DNA from: Squalus acanthias
Lineage: Eukaryota
DNA: 64,000 nt
Direction of reading: 5' to 3'
Assembly: GCA_030390025.1 (NCBI GenBank)
Contig: CM059432.1
Span: 11,346,001 to 11,410,000 of the forward strand
The notes below the pieces were generated by a model. It worked only from the letters and a program-made list of their open reading frames with translations, searched no databases and was not told the DNA's origin. Shown in pieces: positions 1 through 12,459 of the stretch (position 1 is the first letter of the stretch; every line of letters begins with the position of its first letter). A program made the position numbers and the translations under genes.

Positions 1-127
1 CATAACAAATACAGTGTTGCCAAGGAAGGTTGGGAAGGCTTTAGTAGATCATGAGTTTCAGTTGGCTAAAGTTTGGTATAGTGAGGTTTTACCTTGAAAG
101 TTCAAAGATACCAAATTTCTACTTAAG

Positions 128-312
128 ATAAAAACAAAAAATGCTGGGAATACTCAGCAGGTCAGGCAGCATCTGTGGAGAGAGAGAGAAACAGAGTTAA
201 TGTTTCAGGTCGATGACCTTTCCCCTCTCCACAGATGTTGCCTGACCTGCTGAGTATTTCTAGCATTTTCTGTTTTATTTCAGATCTCCAGCATCTGCAG
301 TATTTTGCTTTT
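128..312. repeat. Short fold-back repeat, probably from a Penelope-type terminal repeat, with a partial hammerhead-like motif
   Basis: ~55-bp inverted arms at 128-182 and 225-279 (..TACTCAGCAGGTCAGGCAGCATCTGTGGAGAG / CTCTCCACAGATGTTGCCTGACCTGCTGAGTA..). The minus-strand spacer reads AGGTC-ATC-GACCT-GAAAC. A related copy lies at ~22000-22125. Confidence 0.55.
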
Positions 313-2024
313 GTTCTACTCCAGATCACTTTGGTATGGTGAAATTCTAATCTATGTATTTTCTTATACTTTTTTCAGATTTTTTTTTCAGAAATCTTCT
401 CCAAAATTGATTAAGCTTTGGTGTATACATTTGGCATGAACAGTTAGTTCTTGAGACTGGGAAAAGGGATTGGTGTACAGTTTGGGACTGAGAGCTGTCA
501 GTGTGAGTTGTAAATGTGGAGTATGCTCGATAGACGCACACTCTCAACCTGGTGGAATAGAGTGCTCCTCTGTTACAATGGCTAAAAAACGTTAGTGCAC
601 AATTGTTGGCTACCTGGGGAGGGGTTGGCATAGTGTCAGTCAGTTGCAGCTGGAGTAGGGAACTAAGGACATCCAAAAATCGAACTTGACCTTAAGAGGA
701 ATGTTACTGTACAACAGACATCCATGTCGATTTTGTAATGCTATTCACATGTCATTGAAATATCTTGATTTTTTTTTTATGGGTTATATTGTATAACTAA
801 CTCCTTTTCTGTTTTTTTTGTATTTTATCTGAACTAAGTTTGCTCTATTTTGGAAAATTACAATAATCTAATTGCCAATGTTCCTAAATCATCAAGAAGG
901 TACACAAGTGTGCTCTGCTTGATTTTACAATTGTAAAATTAAAGTGAAATTGAAAAGTAGATTATTGGGAAGATTATTGCAGCTTCAAAGAATTTAAATA
1001 CTAGGAGTAAAACAATGAATGGAGTTTGTCACAGATAAATTTTGAGAGAGTTTGGTGGAAAGCCTTTTACTTTCCCCAGTTGAACTATTGTCATGTTTGC
1101 ATTCATTATCATCCTTGTCCATAAACAGCAGTAATTCAGTTTGAAGTAACTGAATTCAAAGGTGTTGAGTATTAATTTAAGCCTGTGTTTCCGCCTAAGC
1201 TGGTCTGATCTGGGTTTGGCGGTCTAACTACATGCATGCTGAATAATTGAACTCGAGTGGAAAAGCAAGGAGTCTAGACATGTCTGGTGTTGGTTTCTTG
1301 CATGACCCTAATTCTCAGGCTTTGTCAGAGATTAGAAGATATTTGGAAATGTAGGTAATTCAAGATGACAGTGGTATTATGAGTTAGGATTGCATTTGCA
1401 AAGGAACATTTTCATCTGGCCAAATACTAATTTGTGCACTTACGTAAACTATGACTTAAAATAATATAAATATGTAGATTTTAGTTACGTAAATTTTAGT
1501 AATCTGTGCTGCTATTATGGTAGACCATTTCTTCAATCCCTGCCCCACCCAGAAACCAGAAAACTGAAACTGAAATGCTATTTGTAATGTTCCTCATGCA
1601 TTAATTGAATTGTCAGTAAATCTGTTGTATTTTATTATAAATGTTAAAACATGAATTAGGATTTCTGGGACTTTGAATGCACATTATTCAGATGTTATTA
1701 ATGTCTATAAAGAGCATAAGTACCATAAATCTAAATAGTATTAAATAAATGTATTTAAGATTCAGGGTATTTCCGACCTTTTTAACAAGACTTCTGACAC
1801 ATACCAGCTGCTCTTGTACATCTGGGTGAATCATAGTGATTGTTGGTTTCCTGAAATTCCCAATGGCAACATTGAACTGCATGTGATGTTGTTCCAGTTT
1901 CATGAAGGGTATTTTTTTGTGATTACAATTCATGTGTTTGTTCAACTTATAGCAAACTTTTTCAGTCGAATCTAAGCCATTACAAGAGACGATCGTGGAA
2001 GAAATGAACCACGCCTGAGATTAG

Positions 2025-2312
2025 CCCATAGAATTTTACAGCACAGGAGGAGGCCATTCAGCCCTTCGTGCCTGTGTCAGCTCTTTGAAAGAGCTATCCA
2101 ATTTTGTCCCGCACCCCAGCTTTTTCCCCATAACCCTGCAAATCCGTCCTCCAAGTACATGCCCAATTGCCTTTTGAAAGTTCCGATGAATCTGCTTTCA
2201 CCACCCTTTCATGTAGTGCATTCTAGATTTTAACAACCCTCTGTGGAAAATCTTTTTCATGTCTCCCTTCTAGTTCGTTTGCCAATTATTTTAAATCTAT
2301 GACCTCGGGTTA
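2025..2312 (-). mobile_element. CR1 LINE 3' fragment
   Basis: Closely similar to the CR1 3' ends at 15897-16200 and 43975-44280 (CATAGAATTTTACAGCACAG..GGAGGCCATTC). Confidence 0.7.
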
Positions 2313-2448
2313 CATGTGTTATAATGTAGAAGATATGGCTTTTTCATGAATATAAATCCTTAATACAACATGAGAAGGAAAGTACGATATCTTGTACACA
2401 AATATTCAGTGCTATTATGCCTTAGTGGCAGCTGAGAGGCAGGCAACT

Positions 2449-2780
2449 TAGCCAATTATGTATCCACACTGCCACTGCCCCATTAATCCCATGGGCTTCA
2501 ATTTTGCTAACAAGTCTATTATGCTGTACTTTGTCAAACCCCTTTTGAATATCCATGTACACAACATCAACCACGCAACCCTCTCCGTTACTTCAACAAA
2601 GAACTCGATCAAGTTAGTCAAACACGATTTGCCTTTAACAAATCCGTGCTGACTTTCATTTATTAGCCCATACTTTTCCAAATGCCAATTATTGTGTCTC
2701 TAAGTTTCCCCACCACCGACGTTAAGCTGATTGGCCTGTAGTTGCCGGGTTTATCCCTCTCCCCCTTTTTAAACAGAGTG
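2449..2780 (-). mobile_element. CR1 ORF2 (RT) fragment; the same element appears to continue at ~4047-4339 and ~4756-5150
   Basis: ORF 2448-2681 has SQHGFVKGKSCLTNLIEFF. ORF 4029-4214 has PDGIHP..LATIFQSSLD. Both are CR1 ORF2 motifs also seen in the long copies. Confidence 0.8.
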
Positions 2781-3017
2781 ATTATTTCCAACGCATTTTT
2801 GACTCTCTGCACATGCACGTCCGTTTGGTACTGCGCATGCGCACTCGATCCGGTTGCGCTTGCGCAGTATCCAACGGTGCAGCAGCTGCGGCCTCCGTGC
2901 GGAGAAGGTCAGTTCTTAAATTGTTTGGTCAAAACATTTTATATTGTAGGTTTAAAAAGAAATTAGCGCAATACATCCCAGCTATGCGATTAAGCGTTTA
3001 ATCTTCTGGTTTCCTAA

Positions 3018-3610
3018 TGGAGGAGAGGGTATCAAAGGGGAGAGAGAGAGGAGAGGGGATTGAAGGGGAGAGAGAGAGGAGAGGGGTTCGAAGGGGAGAG
3101 CGAGGAGAGGGGATCGAAGGAGAGAGAGAGCGAGGAGAGGGGATCGAAGGAGAGAGAGAGAGAGGAGAGGGGATCGAAGGGGGAAGAGAGAGAGATGGAG
3201 AGAGAACGAAGTGGGGGAGGGAGAGAGACAGTTGAGGGGATCAAAGGGTGGGGAGAGGAGAGGGATCGAAGGGGAGAGGGGTTCGAAGGGGAGGGAGAGG
3301 GGATCGAAGGGGGGGAGAGGGGATCGAAGGGGGGAAGAGAGGGGACCGAAGGGGGAAGCGAGGGAGGAGAGGGGATCAAACGGGGGAGAGAGAGAAGAGA
3401 CTGAAGGGGAGAGGGAGTGGAGTCCGAAGGGGGAGAGGGAGAAGAGGTCGCAGGGGGAAGAGGGAGAGGGAGTGGAGACCGAAGGGGGGAGAGGGAGAGG
3501 AGGCCGAAGGGGGGGGGAGGAGGGGGAGGGGGAGGAGGTCGGAGGGGGGAGAGGGGGAGGGGGGAGAGGGGGAGGAGGTCGGAGGGAGGAGGGGGGAGGG
3601 GGGGAGGTCA
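3018..3610 (+). repeat. Purine-rich (G/A) degenerate tandem repeat, core GGGGATCGAAGG, grading into G-runs
   Basis: Repeated GAGAGGGGATCGAAGG(G/A)GAGAG units are directly visible. The overlapping ORFs are low-complexity Pro/Ser or Gly/Glu/Arg. Confidence 0.9.
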
Positions 3611-6027
3611 GGAACTTGTTGGTGGCTGGAGCACAGTGTGAACAGTGGGGAGGGGGAAAGAACATGATCCAGGTGTAAAGGAGGGGAGGATGAGAGCAAG
3701 AACGTGATTCAGCTCGGAAGATAGATCACGTTCTCCTGCCCTCTGTTAGGCCTGGATCACATTCTTCCACCCCCACCCCCATTACACCTGCACCACATTC
3801 GCCCTCTCCTCCCGTGTTTTCTGAATGCAGTCGTATTAGCACTGTGAGCTCTGCAGCCTGGCTGTCACAGTGAAAGGATCAAATTACACATTGCAAAGAT
3901 CTTGATTACTCAGGCAGGCAGGCTCTAATTACACATCCCAGGCAAACTGCTGGGTGTGTCTTGTCCTCCAAGTGGACCAATCAGAAATCTGGTATTCTCC
4001 TCCAAGGGGACCAATCATAACTTTAGTGTTACAAATAGTTACAGCCTTTTTTTAAACGGGCGTAACATTTGCAGTCCTCTGGCACGACCTCCATATCCAA
4101 GGAGGATTGGAAGATTGTGGCAAGACCCTCTGCAATCTCAGTCCTTACTTCCGTCATTAAGCTAGGATGTATCCCATCCGGACTGGGTGGCTTTTCTACT
4201 TTGAGGACTGCCATCCTTTTAAGTACCTCATCTATTTATTTTTATCCCATCCAATATCGCTACTGTCTCCTCCTTTACTGCTACATTGGCAGCATCCTCT
4301 TCTCTAAGTGAAGTCAGATGCAAAGTACACAATTTAGCACTAAGTTTAGGCATGCTTAAGGTGTCTGCAATGTTTTCTGCTATTTTGAAGCAGCTAGTTA
4401 GGTTGGCTACTGTCACAAAGTTTGGACCAATAATTAGAGATGGACAGAGGTTCAATAATCATATTGCTTACGACATACACCTGCGATACACATCTAGCAT
4501 GGCCTGGAATGGTCTGATACGGTGTTCTGGATCTTGAGTGTAAATCTATTATCTGTGTTTAGTTGTAGTTTGTGTTTACCTGGGAGGAGAGTAAATGCAA
4601 TCCAGACTGGACGATTGCAGATGTTACGCCCGTTTAAAAAATGGCTGTAACATCAAAGTTATGATTGGTCCCCTTGGAAGACAAGACCAGATTTCTGATT
4701 GGTCCACTTGGAGGACACGACACACCCAGCAGTTTGCCTGGGATGTGTAATTAGAGCCATGCCTTCTGCCTCCACAAGAATATCTTATTTTTAGTCCCTA
4801 ATTGGCCCCACCCTTTTTGACTACCCTTTTACTATTTATATGTTTATAAAGGACTTTTGGGTTCCCTTTTATGTTTGTCGCTAATCTATTCTCATACTCT
4901 GTCTTTGCCCCTCTTTTTTTAGATCTCCTCTATACTTTCTATATTCCGCTTGGTTTTCGACTGTATTATGTAACTTATATTTATCATAAGCCTCCTTTTT
5001 GTCTCATTTTAATCTCTCTCTTTTGTCATCCAGGGAGCTTTAGCTTTGGATGCCTGTCCTTTCCCTCTCGTGGGAATGTGTCTGTTCTGTACCCGAACCA
5101 TCTCCTCTTTGAAGGCATCCCATTGTTGAATTATTGTTTTGCCTACCAGTCATCTTTCTCCTTTTTCTTTATCTTTATCTTTGTCTGATTTGCTTCTCTC
5201 ACTTTTTCTTCCTTTCCTAACTCGCCTCCAAATTTCCCTCCTCAGATTTCTATCCTTCACTGTACCTCTCCATTTATCCTCATTCCTCTCGGATCCCTTT
5301 ATGTTCTTCTGCCTGAAGTATTTTTTCACAAACTTAAAACCTAGCAGCCTCTCACTAAATGTTGCAACTTCTCACTCAGCCAATTCATTCTTTTCTTTCA
5401 TCATTTAACCCTGCCTCCTATCTGAACTCAGTATTGTTTGCTGGCTGTCATATTGCAGCTGTAGCCTGTGATTAGCTGTTTTATTGTGTCACTTTGAGGA
5501 AGGGAGTAGCACTGATGCAAGTGTTTATGGATCTTGCACAGCTTGACAGTTTAAACTCTATTTTCCTGAGGCTGTACCCAGCCAGGATTGGATTTAAAAG
5601 GGATTGAAGTCTGCCAGAAAAGAAATCTCCATGCCTGAATTTACACTTAAGGTCCAGAACACCGTACCAGACCATTCCAGGCCATGCTAGATGTGTATCG
5701 TAGGTGTCTGTCGTAAGCAATATGATTTTTGAACCTCTGGCCATCTCTAATGGTCTGAACTTCGTGACAGTAGCCAACCTGACTAGCTGCTTCAAAATAG
5801 CAGAAAACATTGCAGACACCTTAAGCATGCCTAAACTTAGTATTAAATTATGTTGCTGCATAATCTACCGTTCGATAATGAGAGTAACAAAGTACATTTA
5901 TATGCATAGTTTAAAGACCTTTAATACACATATAATAAAATATGATTTGTAGAATAATATGATTTGGTCAAGTTCATGTTTCTGAATCTGTCTTCATTAC
6001 TTAAAGCCCTAAAGTCCTGGAATCATC

Positions 6028-6753
6028 GGCCCAGAAATTCTGTTCGCAGCCCTCCCGCGGGCGGAGGGCTGCGATCCGGAAAGATCTGCGCCTGGACCGG
6101 AGGGCTCCCGCGACGCACACACTTCCGTTGCTGTGCCTCTTCAATCTGCTGGTGTGCAGGGCACGCGTATCCCAGGGGCGCAGCTAGTTCGCAGCGTCCC
6201 TGGGATCACGTGGGCCATGGGGAGCCAATCAGAGCAGGGAATCTCCATTCATAGATTTGACAGGAAGACCTGTCAAATCTATGAATAGAGATCAGCCCCA
6301 AAACATAAGTAAAACTTCAAATACATTTTTTTTTTAAATCACATTTTTAAAATGACTATAAATTACATAAATTACATAATTGAAAAAAATAATTAAAGTT
6401 TTTAACGGGGCTAAAAATGAACTTACCTTTCTTTAAAGTATTTTAAAATGATGAATCAGTGGAAATTTTTTTATTTTAGTTTATTAAACTATTAGCCCGC
6501 TAAAAGCAGGCCTTGCGCCTGCTTTTCTAGGCGCAGCTGTTCCTGACTTACCTGGACTCAAGCCAGTGTGGAAAAAAACGGAAGTTTTTAACGTAAGGGC
6601 TGCCTATCCGGCGCAGGCGTTTGTCCAGTCAAGCCCTTTCTGCAGAGAATGGAAGTGCCGGTTTCCAGCGCATGCGTAAAACCGGCACTTCCGTTGGCCC
6701 TACGGGTGAGTATACAGTGCGTACCCACCCGTAGGGAACGGAATTTCTAGGCC
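6028..6753. mobile_element. Non-autonomous DNA transposon (MITE), possibly PIF/Harbinger-like
   Basis: Terminal inverted repeats GGCCCAGAAATTCTGTTC (6028-6045) and GAACGGAATTTCTAGGCC (6736-6753), 16/18 matching. GC/CpG-rich subtermini, AT-rich centre, internal hairpins. No clear TSD. Confidence 0.6.
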
Positions 6754-7420
6754 ACTATCTTTGTTGATTCTCTCTGAATTTTCCCCTTTCGAACAGTACC
6801 TTTTTTAAGATAGGATGCTCAAATGCACACTGTATTTTAATTGTGGTATTAACAGTGAGTTATACAGCTTTAAAATAATCTGCCTATTTTTTCTTTTACG
6901 TGTTCCCCATGTCCATCTCTCTCATTTCTCACTTTGCTTTATTTTCCTTCAGATCTATTGAGAGGCATTCCAATAGCTTAACATTGCCTGAATACTTATA
7001 ATGTGTGATCACCCAAATTGTTTTCCTTTTCCTCCTTTGCCACCAGAAACCCATTCACTGCTTCCACATTTCCTATTCCAGTGTGTACTTTCCTATATTT
7101 ATTGGCATTAAAATCCATCTACTTAGTTCCAGATCCTTTTGAAAACTTGTATTTTTATCAATATATTTTTCTCACATTCACCCTCCTAGACTACTCACAC
7201 AGGTGATACTGAGTGCATCTTTACTCACCCAATATCGAGGTAATCTGTAGCAAAACCAGGGTCAAATCGGAAACTCTCACCACTGTATTTCAGCTTACTT
7301 TGGTTATATCACAGGCCCTCACATGATCTTCTACACCTTTGGTATACCATAAAACTAGCACTTCATTAGACTAGTTAAAATGCCAAACAAATTTATTAAA
7401 CAGTAGTTAAGTGAACAGTA

Positions 7421-7530
7421 AAAGAAAGAACTTGCATTTATATAACGCTTTTCACGACCTCAGGACGTCCCAAAGCGCTTTACAGCCAATAAACTACTTT
7501 TAAAGTGTGGTCACTGTTTGAATGTAGCAA
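7421..7530 (-). mobile_element. SacSINE1/DeuSINE-like SINE 3' tail fragment
   Basis: Reverse complement of the tail of the full copy at 47667-48128 (..CCCAAAGCGCTTTACAGCCAAT..). Confidence 0.75.
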
Positions 7531-7533
7531 ATA

Positions 7534-7789
7534 GGCCGATGTAGCAGAGCCTGGTCTCCAATTGTCTTGGATCCCCTTGCCATTGGACCAAGACCTTGCT
7601 CTGTCAAGTCCATGTGGTAGCTGGTGTGCAATGGCCACCCCACGTTAAAAGAATTCACGCACAGGCATCTTCCACCCTTTCTGTGACAGAGACTGTAGGT
7701 CCCGCATTCGACTCATCAGTCACCTGATAACTCATTTTTAGTGTGGAAGCAAGTCATCCTCGGTTCCGAGGGACTGCCTAAGAAGAGAA
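7534..7789 (+). mobile_element. 256-bp retroposed insert with a 10-bp TSD, RTE-type 3' end (SINE or truncated LINE)
   Basis: GTAGCAAATA is duplicated at 7524-7533 and 7790-7799. The insert ends GAGGGACTGCCT-AAGAAGAGAA (short-repeat tail). The RTE assignment is from recalled similarity only. Confidence 0.6.
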
Positions 7790-8171
7790 GTAGCAAATAA
7801 ACACTCCAGATTTACAGTAGTCACAGGCTTAACAATCTCTCCTCGGGAGATATAAAAAAACAGCCGCCTCCACTGCACTAAACTTCAGTGAGAACTGGAT
7901 ATGGCTGAAGATCCCTGTTTTAACCTTATGTGGCGGTTCACTACTGACCCTCCATGATGTCTTTTGGCTTAACTGTATATTTCTGATAGCTTCAGATGGA
8001 CTACTCAATTATAGCAAGACAGGCTGAGATTATATTTAAAAATTTGACGAGACAAATTAAATTTAAATATGTATCTCTTAAACTCAAGTAGAGCTGCCAT
8101 TTAACATATTTAAAAACACTTATAGAATGTTTACATTTGAAATTGAATGCCTCAGCCCTCCCTCAGATAAG

Positions 8172-8782
8172 TTTTTTTTTTTATTCGCTTATGGGATCTG
8201 GGCGTTGCTGGCAAGGCCAGCATTTATTGCCCATCCCTAGTTGCCCTTGAGAAGGTGGTGGTGAGCCACCTTCTTAAACCGCTGCAGTCCGTGTGGTGAA
8301 GGTACTCCCACAGTGCTGTTATGTAGGGAGTTCCAGGATTTTGACCCAGCGACGATGAAGGATCGGCGATGTACTTCTAAGTCAGGATGGTGTATGACTT
8401 GGAGGGGAACTTGGAGGTGGTGGTGTTCCCATGCGCCTGCTGCCCTTGTCCTTCTAGGTGGTAGAGATCGTGGGTTTGGGAGGTGCTGCCGAAGAAGCCT
8501 TGGCGAGTTGCTGCAGTGCATCTTGTAGATGGTACACACTGCAGCCACGGTACGCCGGTGGTGGAGGGAGTGAATGTTTAAGGTGATGGATGGGGTGCCA
8601 ATCAAGCGGGCTGCTTTGTCCTGGATGGTGTCGAGCTTCTTGAGTGTTGTTGGAGCTGCACTCATCTGGGCAAGTGGAGAGTATTCCATCACACTCCTTA
8701 CTTGCGCCTTGTAGATGGTGGAAAGACTTTGGGGAGTCAGGAGGTGAGACACTCGCCGCAGAATACCTAGCCTCTGACCTGC
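8172..8782 (-). mobile_element. LINE family B (CR1/L2 group) 3' fragment
   Basis: ORF 8237-8791 (YKAQVRSVMEYSPLA..LDTIQDKAARLIG) is the C-terminus of a LINE ORF2. A-rich tail at 8172-8182. Many copies in the window. Confidence 0.85.
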
Positions 8783-11700
8783 ATATTGCAAGCATATTTA
8801 TTCTAGGGCTACTGTGTATCAATAAAAGTTGAGACATTTTCTGTTAGTGAACCTTGTTTTTAACCCTATTTATAACATAACAAAGGAAGAATACAATAAC
8901 AAGATACATCATAGACAAAAATGATTAGTTTTTAATCACAAGTCCACTTACACTAGTCACCTCTGGGCTATGGCGAAGTTAGCAGGGCAGTGTGATAATT
9001 TTGGATTGCGCTAATAAGGATCTGGCACAGACACAATGGGACAAATGGTCTCTTGGACTGTAAACCTATATGTTTCTACTTGGCCACATAACTTGGTTTC
9101 ATAAGAACATAAGAAATAGGAGCAGGAGTAGGCCATTCGGCCCTTCGAGCCTACTCCACCTTCAATGAGATCATGGCTGATCTTCTGCCTCAACTCCATT
9201 CACCGGCCCTATCGCCATATCCCTTGATGCCCTTACTAGTCAGAAATCTATCGACTTCTGTTTTGAATATACCCAATGACTAAGCCTCCACAACCCTCTG
9301 GGGTAGGGAATTCCAAAGATTCACCACCCTCTGTGTGAAGAAATTTCTTCTCATCTCAGTCCTGAATGGCCTACCCTTTATCCTGAGGCTGTGGCCCCTG
9401 GTTCTAGACTCCCCAGCCAATGGAAACATTCTCTCAGCATCCACCCTATCAAGCCCTGTAATAATTTTGTATGCTTCAATGAGATCCCCCCTCATTCTTC
9501 TGAATTCAAGAGAATACAGGCCTAGTTTACTCAATCTCTTCTCATACGACAGTCCCGCCATCCCAGGAATCAATTTCGTGAACCTTCGTTGCACTCCCTC
9601 TGTGGCAAGTATATCCTTCCTTAGGTAAGGAGACTAAAATTGTACACAGTACTCCAGGTGTGGTCTCACCAAGGCCCTATTTAATTGGAGTAAGACTTCT
9701 TTACTCCTGTACTCAAATCCTCTTGTAATGAAGGCCAGCATACTATTTGCCTTCCTAATGGCTTGCTGCACCTGCACATTCGCTTTCAGTGACTCATGTA
9801 CAAGTACACCCAGGTCCCTTTGAGCATCTGCATTCCCCAATCTTTCACCATTTAGGAAATACTCTGCCTTTCTGTTTTTTCTACCAAAGTGGATAACTTC
9901 ACATTTATCCACCTTATATTCCATCTGCCATGTTCTCGCCCACTAACTGAGCCTGTCGAGATCCCCTTGAAGCCTCTTCACATCCTCTTCACAACTGATA
10001 CTGCCACCTAGCTTTGTATCATCAGCAAATTTGGAAATGTTACATTTAGTCCCTTCATCCAAATCATTGATATAGATTGTGAATAGCTGGGGCCCAAGCA
10101 ACAATCCTTGCGGTACCCCACTAGTCACAGCCTGCCATCCTGAAAAAGACCCGTTTATCCCTACTCTTTGTTTTCTGTCTGTTAACCAATTCTCAATCCA
10201 TGCTAGTATATTACCCCCAATTCCATGTGCCCTAATTTTGTTCACCAACCTCTTGTGTGGGACCTTATCGAAGGCCTTCTGAAAATCCAGATACACCACA
10301 TCTACCAGTTCCCCTTTGTCTACTCCACAAGTTACATCCTCAAAGAACTCCAATAGGTTTGTCAAACAGGACTTCCTTTTCATAAATCCATGTTGACTCT
10401 GCCCAATCTTACTATTAGTTTCTAAGTGCCCAGTTATTGCATCCTTTATAATAGATTCCAGCATTTTCCCAACTACTGATGTGAGGCTAACAGGTCTGTA
10501 GTTCCCCGTTTTCTCTCTCCCTCCTTTCTTAAATAGCGGGGTTACATTTGCTATCCTCCAATCTGCAGGAACCGTTCCAGGATCTATAGAATTTTGGAAG
10601 ATGACAACCAATGCGTCCACTATTCCAATGGCCACCTCTTTTAAAACACTAGGATGTAGGTCATCCGGTCCTTGGGATTTATCACCTTTTAGTCCCATTA
10701 ATTTTGCTAGTACTGTTTTTTTACTAATAATTTCTTTAAGTTCCTCATTCTCGTCACACCCTTAGTTTTCTCGTATTTCTGGGAGGTTTTTTGTGTCTTC
10801 CTCCATGAAGACAGAAACAAAGTATTTATTTAATTTCTCTGCCATTTCCTCATTCCCCGTTATAAATTCTCCCGTCTCTGACTGTAAAGGACCTACATTT
10901 ACCTTCGCCAGTCTTTTCCTTTTTACATACCTATAGAAGCTTTTACAATCCGTTTTTATATTTTTCGGTAGTTTGTGCTCATATTCCATTTTCCTTTCTT
11001 TATCAATTTCTTGATGCCCCCTTTGCCGATTTCTAAAAAGATCCCAATCCTCAGGCTGACTGCTTTTTCTGGCAACTTTATAAGCTTCCTCCTTTGACTT
11101 AATACTAGCTTTAATTTCTTTTGTTCATGGTTGGATCACTTTTCCTTTTGGGTTTTTATGCCCTAGAGGAATCTGTGTTTGTTGTAAATTATGCATTATT
11201 TCCTTGAATGTTAGCCATTGTATGTCCACCTTCATACCTTTTAGTGTAGTCTCCCAATCTACCATGGCCAACTTGTCCCTCATACCCTTGTAGTTTCCTC
11301 TGTTTAGATTGAAGACCTTAGTTTCAGATTGGACTACATCACTCTCAAACTTAATGTAAAATTCAATCATATTATGGTCACTTGTCCCTAAAGGCCCCTT
11401 TACCATAAGATTATTGATTAGCCTGTTCCCTGGTTGGTTCCTCCACATACTGATCCAGGAAACCATCTTGCATGCATTCCAAGAATTTTTCCTCCATACC
11501 ATGAGTGGTAATTTGATTTGCCCTTGTTACATGCACTTCTCATTTCTTGATTGATACTGTGCCCTACATTACCACTACTGTTTGGTGGCCTATACACAAC
11601 TCCCGCCAATGTTTTCCGCCCTTTGCTGTTTCTTAGCTCCACCCAAACTGATTCCAGTTCTACATCACGATCTGCCGAGCAAAGATCTTTTATCTCTACC

Positions 11701-12459
11701 GTACCGATCTCATCCCTTATTAACAGCGCTACGCCACCTCCTTTTCCTTTTTGTCTGTCCTTCCTAAATGTTGAGTACCCTGGAACATTCAGTTCCCAGC
11801 TTTGGTTACCCTGCAACCATGTCTCTGTAATGGCAATTACATCATACCCATTTACTTCTATTAGTGTCATTAATTCATCCACCTTGTTGCGAATGCTACG
11901 TGCATTTAGATAAAGTGCCTTCAACTTTGCCTGGTTAATATTTTTCTGCACTTTGACCCTCTTTACTGTTGGCCTTTGTTTCTGCTGACTACTTTTCTAA
12001 CTTGCACTTCCAGCTTTGTTTCTCTCTGTTTTGGGCCCACACTTGGGTTCCCAGCCCCCTGACAAACTAGTTTAAATCCTTCCCAACAGCACTAGCAAAC
12101 CCCCCTGCGAGGATGTTGGTCCCGCTTCTGCCAAGGTGTAACCCATCCAGCTTGTACAGGTCCCACCTTCCCCAGAATCGGTCCCAATGCCTCAGGAATT
12201 TAAATCCCTCCCTCCTACACCATCTCTCCAGCAACGCATTCATCTGGTCTATTCTCCTATTGCTGCTCTCGCTAGCACATGGCACTGGGAGTAACCCTGA
12301 GATTGCTACCTTTTGAGGTCCTGCTTTTTAATTTATTTTCTAGCTCCCTATATTCTGCTTGCAGGGCCTCGTCCCTCTTTCTACCTATGTCGTTGGTACC
12401 GATATGGACCATGACCTCTGGCTGTTCACCCTCCCCCTTCAGAATGTCCTGCAGCCACT

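Noticed and set aside
2982..3699. Overlapping Pro/Ser-rich and Gly/Glu/Arg-rich ORFs up to 227 aa
   Set aside because: Products of the G/A simple repeat, which lacks stops in several frames; no domain or splice evidence.
4228..5952. Similar ORF pairs (SLGMLKVSAMFSAILKQLVRLATVTK) suggesting duplicated small genes
   Set aside because: A consequence of the inverted duplication; similarity appears on both strands, frames diverge at indels, and no known protein is recognisable.
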